This document shows positions 16,527 to 22,183 of a stretch of 22,183 nt of DNA, piece after piece. Positions within the stretch are counted from its first letter, which is position 1; every line of letters begins with the position of its first letter. The notes beneath the pieces were generated by a model, which had not been told where the DNA came from, ran no database searches, and saw only the letters and a list, made by a program, of their open reading frames with translations. Source of the stretch: a candidate division WOR-3 bacterium (lineage in GTDB: Bacteria; Hydrothermota; Tepidihabitantia; SM23-42; JAOAFX01); assembly GCA_039802265.1 (NCBI GenBank), contig JBDRWI010000040.1:1-22183 (forward strand), written 5' to 3'. A program made the translations under genes and the position numbers.

Positions 16527-17812
16527 TTTACAACCGCCATTTTGCAATGATGATATTTTCTCTCATACTTGGTTTCGATCTCAAGATGAACGAAATAAAC
16601 ACCTACACCCATATTCTTATTTCTTATGGTTACACCCTGTGGGTTTGTTGTTGTCATTTCAAACATTCGCTGACCCGCAATATTGGTTATCGTAATCCTT
16701 GCCTTCCGAAAATCCTCATAAAAGGGAAAGACAATGCGGGCTTCTTCCTGAATCGGGTTAGGATAGATTACCAGGGGTTCTTGGGTGCCGGTGCTTACAT
16801 AATGGTCAAGAATCTGAACATATACCGGCAGATGGTCTGAGGCATAATATAGGGCATCTGCCACCTCGTCTGAAACTGACTGGTTGATGCCACTGTTGAT
16901 TGACTTGTTAAAATGATTTGCATCGTTACCAAAGACAGTGTAAGATTCCCTGGGTAGAAAAAGGTCCGCTGTATCCAGAAGACTTGGTGTACAGAAAATC
17001 AGGTCAAAGCGATCATCAAGACCACCACCGGCACCACCGTCAGGCAGGTCTTCATTCCTGGTTGACTGAGTATGGAGATAAGAAAAAGAGGAATTTTCAT
17101 GCCACATTCCTGGGATACCAATAGGGTCACATAATCTCCCGGTGCCCGGTTCGGTACTATCAATAAGTTTTTTATAGGCTGGTTCATCATAATAAAAATT
17201 GAAGTCACCCATTACTAAAATCTCCCTGCCATTTGCTATCGTATCAAGGTGTGTCCTTAAGATTGTTGCCTCCTGAAGTCTTGTGAGTTCATTATCTGAA
17301 CCGGTTCCTGATTTGAAATGGATAGAAAAGAGATACAGTTCTTTTTGTGAATCCTTGATTCTGAGGTGATACTGAGCGATATCGCGATTGACCGTAGCAA
17401 GATATATTGCGTTGACAAAGGAAATTTTATCATTGCGGTAAAAAAGGGCATTGTCAGTATCCGGACCGTCGTGGAACTCGCAGGCTGAAAATTTGGACTC
17501 TTTATAATTGAGAACTGAATCAAGGAATAAATTTACTCCATACTGACTCTGCATCTCCTGAACTAAGAGCACATCTGGTTTTAGATAATCCATCACCGTG
17601 CGAAAATCATCAAGCCTCTGGAACCCATAACTGTTGGGAAAGTTAAGAATATTGTAGGTAGCGACCTTTATCTGCCCGGCACTTAAAATGGCACATATCA
17701 AACTTGTAAAGATTGAAAATGATTTAAAGAATGAAGCAGCTGAATCGAAGGTGTTCAGTAATGAAGGTGAGTTATTTTTTAAATCGGGCAATATCAACGA
17801 TTCTACCTTCAA
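16523..17812 (-). CDS. Endonuclease/exonuclease/phosphatase (EEP) family protein with T9SS-type-A-like C-terminal domain; start uncertain
   Basis: ATYNIL, VQEM, IHFKS, MGDFN, DRFDLI, ASDHLPV; C-terminal IYPNP...NIAGQ...GVYFV...AVVK. Confidence 0.88.
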   Translation of the reverse strand: MKVESLILPDLKNNSPSLLNTFDSAASFFKSFSIFTSLICAILSAGQIKVATYNILNFPNSYGFQRLDDFRTVMDYLKPDVLLVQEMQSQYGVNLFLDSVLNYKESKFSACEFHDGPDTDNALFYRNDKISFVNAIYLATVNRDIAQYHLRIKDSQKELYLFSIHFKSGTGSDNELTRLQEATILRTHLDTIANGREILVMGDFNFYYDEPAYKKLIDSTEPGTGRLCDPIGIPGMWHENSSFSYLHTQSTRNEDLPDGGAGGGLDDRFDLIFCTPSLLDTADLFLPRESYTVFGNDANHFNKSINSGINQSVSDEVADALYYASDHLPVYVQILDHYVSTGTQEPLVIYPNPIQEEARIVFPFYEDFRKARITITNIAGQRMFEMTTTNPQGVTIRNKNMGVGVYFVHLEIETKYERKYHHCKMAVVK

Positions 17813-19298
17813 TGCGTCCTTCTATTGGCGAATGCCGTTTTATGTATTCGGCAATGATATGGCGCAGATAGGTAAATGTCTCGGTTATTTCCCTTCCTTC
17901 TTTAAATATGGCATAGTCTCCCCCTCCGGCCGCCAGGAATGAGTTCGTTACCAAAAGATATTCACGACTGAAATCGAAGGGTTGACCATTGGTTTGCATA
18001 ATTTCTATAACCCGTTCATTTATGGGTCTTCTCGAATCGTATTTAAATTTTAAGCCCGAAACCTGGAATATTGCATGGTGGCCATTTACACCCACTTCCA
18101 GCACCTTTTTTATCTGCTCTCCACTCATCTTCATCAAGACAGCCGTATTGGAGAGGGCATCAATGTAGTAACAGTCCTTGTAGGTAATTTCGCCCTTGGG
18201 TAGATTTGCCCTGATTCCGCCGGAATTATGAATGGCAATGTCTGTTCCAAAATATTCACGCATCGCATCGGTAATTAAATTACCGATAGCCGATTCCTCA
18301 AAACCAGTCCTTATCAATTCCTCTTTTGAATAACCAATCACTTCATCAAAACCCTTTTTGGTTATCGCATCCCATCTCTGGATAAGTCCTACCATTGCAG
18401 TATCATCTTCAAATTCATCGCTAAGCAAATCAACAAGCATCCCATTGTAGTTAGCGATTTTTTTAGTCTTCCTGTCTATCTTCAAATCTAAGAATCCGAT
18501 ACTGCTTAGATGACCATATGCCTGACAGATGATGGTATGGTTTATTGAATCTTCGTAAGGCTCTTCCAAGGCAGTTGCACTATGGGAACCAAATATCACA
18601 TCAATGCCCGCAACAGCTTCTGCAAGTCTCTTATCATGGCGTAAGCCAATGCCGGTCATAGCGAAGATCAGATCAACGCCCTTTGACTTCAGTGTATCAA
18701 TGTATCTTTTTGCGGTTTCAATTTCTGAAAGCACATCGTGGTTTGCAAAACGCGCCGGCGTTGTCATTCCTTCCATATATTCAGTGAGCAATCCAAAGAC
18801 TCCGATCTTCAATCCATCAAAGTCAAGAATCGTATAGGGTTTTAGATAGTCAACATTCTTTTTTGAATCTTCATATACAATATTGCTACAAATATACTGG
18901 GCGTTGACACTATTAACAAAATCCTTGAAAACATCAACACCCAGGTCATAATCATGATTACCCGGTGAAAGTAAATTGTAACCACAGTAATTAAAATAAT
19001 CCGCCACTGCCTTGCCTTTTGAGAACTCCCCAATGGGTGAACCCATAAATGCATCGCCCGTATCTAAAAGCAAAAAACCATAACCTAAACTCTCTGCCTC
19101 TGCTCTTTTTTCTTTTATAAATGTCGCTGCGGCTGGTGCATTTCCAACCGGTGGCGGAAAGTATGGATTCATCCACCAGGCTGCTGAAGGCAGCAGGGCA
19201 CCTTCAATATCGTTTGTATACAAAATATACAGATGTTCCGGAAAGGAGAATAAAAAAGAAGCAAGAAGAATAAATAGCCCACTAAGGCGCATACCCAT
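17772..19298 (-). CDS. 5'-nucleotidase/UDP-sugar hydrolase family protein (metallophosphoesterase plus 5'-NT C-terminal domain)
   Basis: DTGDAF, GNHDYDLG, ESAIGNLITDAMR, NSGGIRANL, QVSGL, TNSFLAAGGGDY. Signal peptide follows ATG 19298 or 19292. Confidence 0.9.
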   Translation of the reverse strand: MGMRLSGLFILLASFLFSFPEHLYILYTNDIEGALLPSAAWWMNPYFPPPVGNAPAAATFIKEKRAEAESLGYGFLLLDTGDAFMGSPIGEFSKGKAVADYFNYCGYNLLSPGNHDYDLGVDVFKDFVNSVNAQYICSNIVYEDSKKNVDYLKPYTILDFDGLKIGVFGLLTEYMEGMTTPARFANHDVLSEIETAKRYIDTLKSKGVDLIFAMTGIGLRHDKRLAEAVAGIDVIFGSHSATALEEPYEDSINHTIICQAYGHLSSIGFLDLKIDRKTKKIANYNGMLVDLLSDEFEDDTAMVGLIQRWDAITKKGFDEVIGYSKEELIRTGFEESAIGNLITDAMREYFGTDIAIHNSGGIRANLPKGEITYKDCYYIDALSNTAVLMKMSGEQIKKVLEVGVNGHHAIFQVSGLKFKYDSRRPINERVIEIMQTNGQPFDFSREYLLVTNSFLAAGGGDYAIFKEGREITETFTYLRHIIAEYIKRHSPIEGRIEGRIVDIARFKK

Positions 19299-19345
19299 TT
19301 TATTAATAAAGACCGTTTGCATTGGATTTTTGAAATACCAAGGTC

Positions 19346-20437
19346 TTAGAATGAAAGACCAAGAGAAAAGAGGAGATGGCACAGAGTTTCATCAAAGAGG
19401 TATTTTTCAGAGATATCCAATCCACCAAAATCGGTATTTGCATAATTCCTTTTGCCATACCCAAAGCCAATATCAAAACAGTAATTCTTGATATTGGTAC
19501 CAAAACCCAGTGTCAGATTGGTGGTCCAGATTGACGGTTCCCGATAATCGGGAAAAAGGCAAAAGCCATATCTCAGTTTATGTTTAAAGATAATGGTGTG
19601 TTCTATACCAAACTTATAGACATAGATTGGCCTATCCCATTTTTCATAGCCAATTTCAATAAGAAATTTTGTAGGAATTCTATTGGGTGGCTGAAATGCA
19701 ATCCCCGTAGTATGCGACCCTGGATATATGAAAGAACCTGAATCACTCTTCAACTTGTATCGGTCAGCATAACTGTAGCCCAGTGTGAGGTTAATGAAGG
19801 GAGTTAAGAGCAACCCCCATTTTATCCGCCTTCCATCAAGGTGGTGTGCTATGTTTACAATAGAATCTCTTCCCTCAGGAAATAATCTTTTAAATTCCCT
19901 TTCTATCTTCCCATATAAGAAGTCTTCTTCAACTCCTATTTTTAGAAAATGACTGCTCACGGAAATGATTGGTGCTGCAGAAGAGACGCCACCGTTATAA
20001 TGGTCCTTGACAATTTCTGTAATCTGGTAGAAATCATCCCGATATTCATAGTAGTACAGATAATTGAAATCCCAGAGTGGCTGATATCTTAGCCCCAATC
20101 TTAGAAATTTCAATGGCAGAGTCAATGCCATCAAACCCGGTGCTACATTATTGATGTGATTATTGGCGATGGTGGAAACACCGACATTATTGCCATAGGA
20201 ATCATAGACCCTTAACCCTCTCTTTTCAATACCAGAATAGATAAGACCATTTAAATAAAGAGAGATTTTGTCGTTCAAACCAGTACCGGCTGGATTATCT
20301 CCATTCTCAAAAATTACAGACACACCGCCCAATCCCAGTGAATTCGCCCCCGTGTAATATATTCTATCACCCTGTTCATTAACCCCGGGTAAAGTATAAT
20401 TAATTAAAGAATAAAAAAGTAGTAAAATAGCATTCAT
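19346..20437 (-). CDS. Outer-membrane beta-barrel protein (FadL/PorV-like)
   Basis: GANSLGLGG...NPA N-terminal motif, alternating aromatic strands, C-terminal LGLSF. Confidence 0.65.
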   Translation of the reverse strand: MNAILLLFYSLINYTLPGVNEQGDRIYYTGANSLGLGGVSVIFENGDNPAGTGLNDKISLYLNGLIYSGIEKRGLRVYDSYGNNVGVSTIANNHINNVAPGLMALTLPLKFLRLGLRYQPLWDFNYLYYYEYRDDFYQITEIVKDHYNGGVSSAAPIISVSSHFLKIGVEEDFLYGKIEREFKRLFPEGRDSIVNIAHHLDGRRIKWGLLLTPFINLTLGYSYADRYKLKSDSGSFIYPGSHTTGIAFQPPNRIPTKFLIEIGYEKWDRPIYVYKFGIEHTIIFKHKLRYGFCLFPDYREPSIWTTNLTLGFGTNIKNYCFDIGFGYGKRNYANTDFGGLDISEKYLFDETLCHLLFSLGLSF

Positions 20438-20441
20438 AACC

Positions 20442-20987
20442 TTATGGCACTAAAACCGCGGCAGCAATCACGGTAGTCCACAGGCCATATTTATCCCCAA
20501 TTGCGGTTTGCGTCATATTCATCGTCTTAACAATTTTCGTAGAGATCTTCCAGATTTCTTTACGCTCATCGTAACTGATATCAGGGTCAAAGGGAACACC
20601 CAATGTTGTTGCGAGCATCTGTGCGGCGAGGTCTTCGGCTTTATCCCCCGCCTTTGACTCAGTTTCTCCATAAGAGTGGTATTCAGAGAGGTAGCCATAT
20701 TGATTCTTTTCCGCCGGGATTGCCACACCGATTGCTGCTGCAATCAGACGATGCGGTTCATTAGTACTACATTCAGATATCACAGTATAAACAATCTCGC
20801 CGGGTGAGAGGTATTGTAATCCCATTGCCTTGGAGACAAGTTTTGCACCGGGTGGAAGAATACTTGATACTCGCACAATGTTGAACTGGGCAATTCCTGC
20901 GTCCCGGAGTGCGGCCTCAAAGCTTGCCAGTTTCTCTTTGTGCCGACCAACACCTTTAGTTAAAAAAACTCTCTTTGGTATTATCAT
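20442..20987 (-). CDS. pdaD: Pyruvoyl-dependent arginine decarboxylase
   Basis: LASFEAALRDAGIAQFNIVRVSSILP (SS self-cleavage site), GYLSEYH, WTTVIAAAV. Confidence 0.92.
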   Translation of the reverse strand: MIIPKRVFLTKGVGRHKEKLASFEAALRDAGIAQFNIVRVSSILPPGAKLVSKAMGLQYLSPGEIVYTVISECSTNEPHRLIAAAIGVAIPAEKNQYGYLSEYHSYGETESKAGDKAEDLAAQMLATTLGVPFDPDISYDERKEIWKISTKIVKTMNMTQTAIGDKYGLWTTVIAAAVLVP

Positions 20988-20996
20988 TTCTCTATC

Positions 20997-21069
20997 TGGA
21001 GCAGACCAGATTTGAACTGGCGACCTTCTCGCTGCGAACGAGACGCTCTCCCAACTGAGCTACTGCCCC
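20997..21069 (-). tRNA. tRNA-Ala(CGC)
   Basis: GGGGCAG/CTGCTCC acceptor with G3:U70, anticodon arm TCTCG-TTCGCAG-CGAGA, T-loop GTTCAAATC, A73; CCA not encoded. Confidence 0.96.
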
Positions 21070-21103
21070 GAAATTGGTTAAATGGTTAAAATTCATTGAG
21101 TTG

Positions 21104-21131
21104 ATTATAATAATTTTTTTTAAAAAGTCAA
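21104..21131 (-). promoter_or_regulatory. Sigma70-type promoter of the tRNA-Ala-pdaD unit
   Basis: TTGACT (21131-21126), 16-nt spacer, TATAAT (21109-21104). Confidence 0.75.
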
Positions 21132-21254
21132 TATCTCTGTGCAAAATTTTTTGCTGTAAAAGTTTACTCCCTGATTAGAGTTTATTGAGGAGAAATCTAT
21201 GGTAACGATTTTAGTTTCCCAAAATCATCTCAACAATTTCCCTAATTCAAAAAT

Positions 21255-22183
21255 TTAAAAGGACCACTCACCACTATCCTCTCCCCGCACAATCAGAATT
21301 TTCTCAACCTTGCAGTCTTTTTCACCAGCGAGAACCAGAAAATAAATGCCCGAGCCGATGTTAGATGTATTGAGAGGGTGAGAATGAACTCCCTCATCAA
21401 CGATTCCCCTGGCAATCTCCAGAACTTCTCTTCCAGTGATGTCATAAAGTTTCAGGTAAATGCGCTGTGTCTCAGGAATGGTATATTGAATTTTAGCATT
21501 CTCCGTGATAACATTCGGCAAAACCATCAACTTTAACCCTTTACCTTCCACCTTCAACCTTTCGCTTTCTTTAATCCCGGTTGAACTCAAACTAATCACA
21601 GCAAAATCACCCCAAGTAATGCTGTCGCAAATGGTTCCCGCAGCATAGATATTCCCATCTAAGCCATAAACTACCGAATGAGCAATATCGCTATAATTCC
21701 CATATCCATGTTTTTTATAAGTCCAATTCTGCGTGCCATTGTCTGTAAAGCTGATTACAGTGAAGTAACTTTCCCCACCTTGCCAGGTATTAGATGTTAT
21801 ACCCCCAGCATAGATATTCCCATCATTGCCATATACAATTGATGTCCCAAATCCCCAGGTTGTGTCAATATATTGCCACCGATAGGTTCCAGAATCAGAG
21901 ATACTCTCGACAAGAAAAAAAGGAATATCCCAGCCAACATCGCCAGCCCCATAGAGATTTCCATCACCACCATATACGCCGCCTGCAAAACGACTAATAC
22001 CCGCGGAGCTTATATATGTCCACCGTTCGTTTCCAAGGTTGGTCAGAGAAATTGCAAGCCCCACGGTAAAGACTTCGCCAGAGCCCCCAAGATAACAGGT
22101 GCTACCGAATATATAGAGATTATCATCTGAACCATAGACAATACAATTGCCATAATCGTAAGTGCCACCGGGTCCATTATATA
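21255..22183 (-). CDS. Partial (5' end outside window) secreted beta-propeller-repeat protein with T9SS-type-A-like C-terminal domain
   Basis: Frame is open to the window edge (YNGPGGTYDYGNCIVYGSDDNLY...). Four xVYGxD(G/D)NxYxxG repeats; CTD VLPN...YTIP...LYDITGREV...SGIYFLVL...KILIVR. Confidence 0.85.
   Translation of the reverse strand, partial: YNGPGGTYDYGNCIVYGSDDNLYIFGSTCYLGGSGEVFTVGLAISLTNLGNERWTYISSAGISRFAGGVYGGDGNLYGAGDVGWDIPFFLVESISDSGTYRWQYIDTTWGFGTSIVYGNDGNIYAGGITSNTWQGGESYFTVISFTDNGTQNWTYKKHGYGNYSDIAHSVVYGLDGNIYAAGTICDSITWGDFAVISLSSTGIKESERLKVEGKGLKLMVLPNVITENAKIQYTIPETQRIYLKLYDITGREVLEIARGIVDEGVHSHPLNTSNIGSGIYFLVLAGEKDCKVEKILIVRGEDSGEWSF

Noticed and set aside
19299..19382. N-terminal extension of the 5'-nucleotidase ORF
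   Set aside because: It overlaps the upstream gene, and the signal peptide begins at ATG 19298/19292.
408..22130. Numerous short ORF-track entries antisense to or out of frame within the called genes
   Set aside because: They are shadows of well-supported genes and show no recognisable motifs.
1..22183. CRISPR array or integron attC array
   Set aside because: No regularly spaced direct repeats, cas genes or integrase seen; repeats at 21640-22140 are protein-level propeller repeats.

Overview
AT-rich chromosomal window from a diderm bacterium. The combination of T9SS-like C-terminal domains, PorV-like barrels, a Man-family PTS and an archaeal-type PGI/PMI suggests the FCB neighbourhood, possibly candidate division WOR-3 (inference only). 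Left to right: a minus-strand PTS operon (IIC-IID-HPr-EI-PGI/PMI); an SPFH gene; a structure-rich 576-bp intergenic region; an ECF sigma factor; a secreted-protein pseudogene cut by an intact-looking IS4-family element (7708-8967); tatA, tRNA-Ser(GGA), two PASTA-only proteins, rpe and ffh; a 431-bp fold-back intergenic region; a large secreted serine hydrolase; a minus-strand unit of tRNA-Ala(CGC), pdaD, beta-barrel, 5'-nucleotidase-like protein, EEP nuclease with CTD and PorV-like barrel; and a partial beta-propeller/CTD gene. The most interesting unexplained signals are (i) a ~240-nt nested fold-back at 5671-5911 flanked by convergent promoters and overlapping a 69-codon ORF, (ii) a second long-range fold-back after ffh, (iii) a possible extracellular nucleic-acid scavenging operon whose nucleotidase has a remodelled metal site, (iv) HPr with Arg17->Leu, and (v) apparently leaderless transcripts and 16-bp promoter spacers. 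All pairings and motifs were found by eye; no folding or database search was run.
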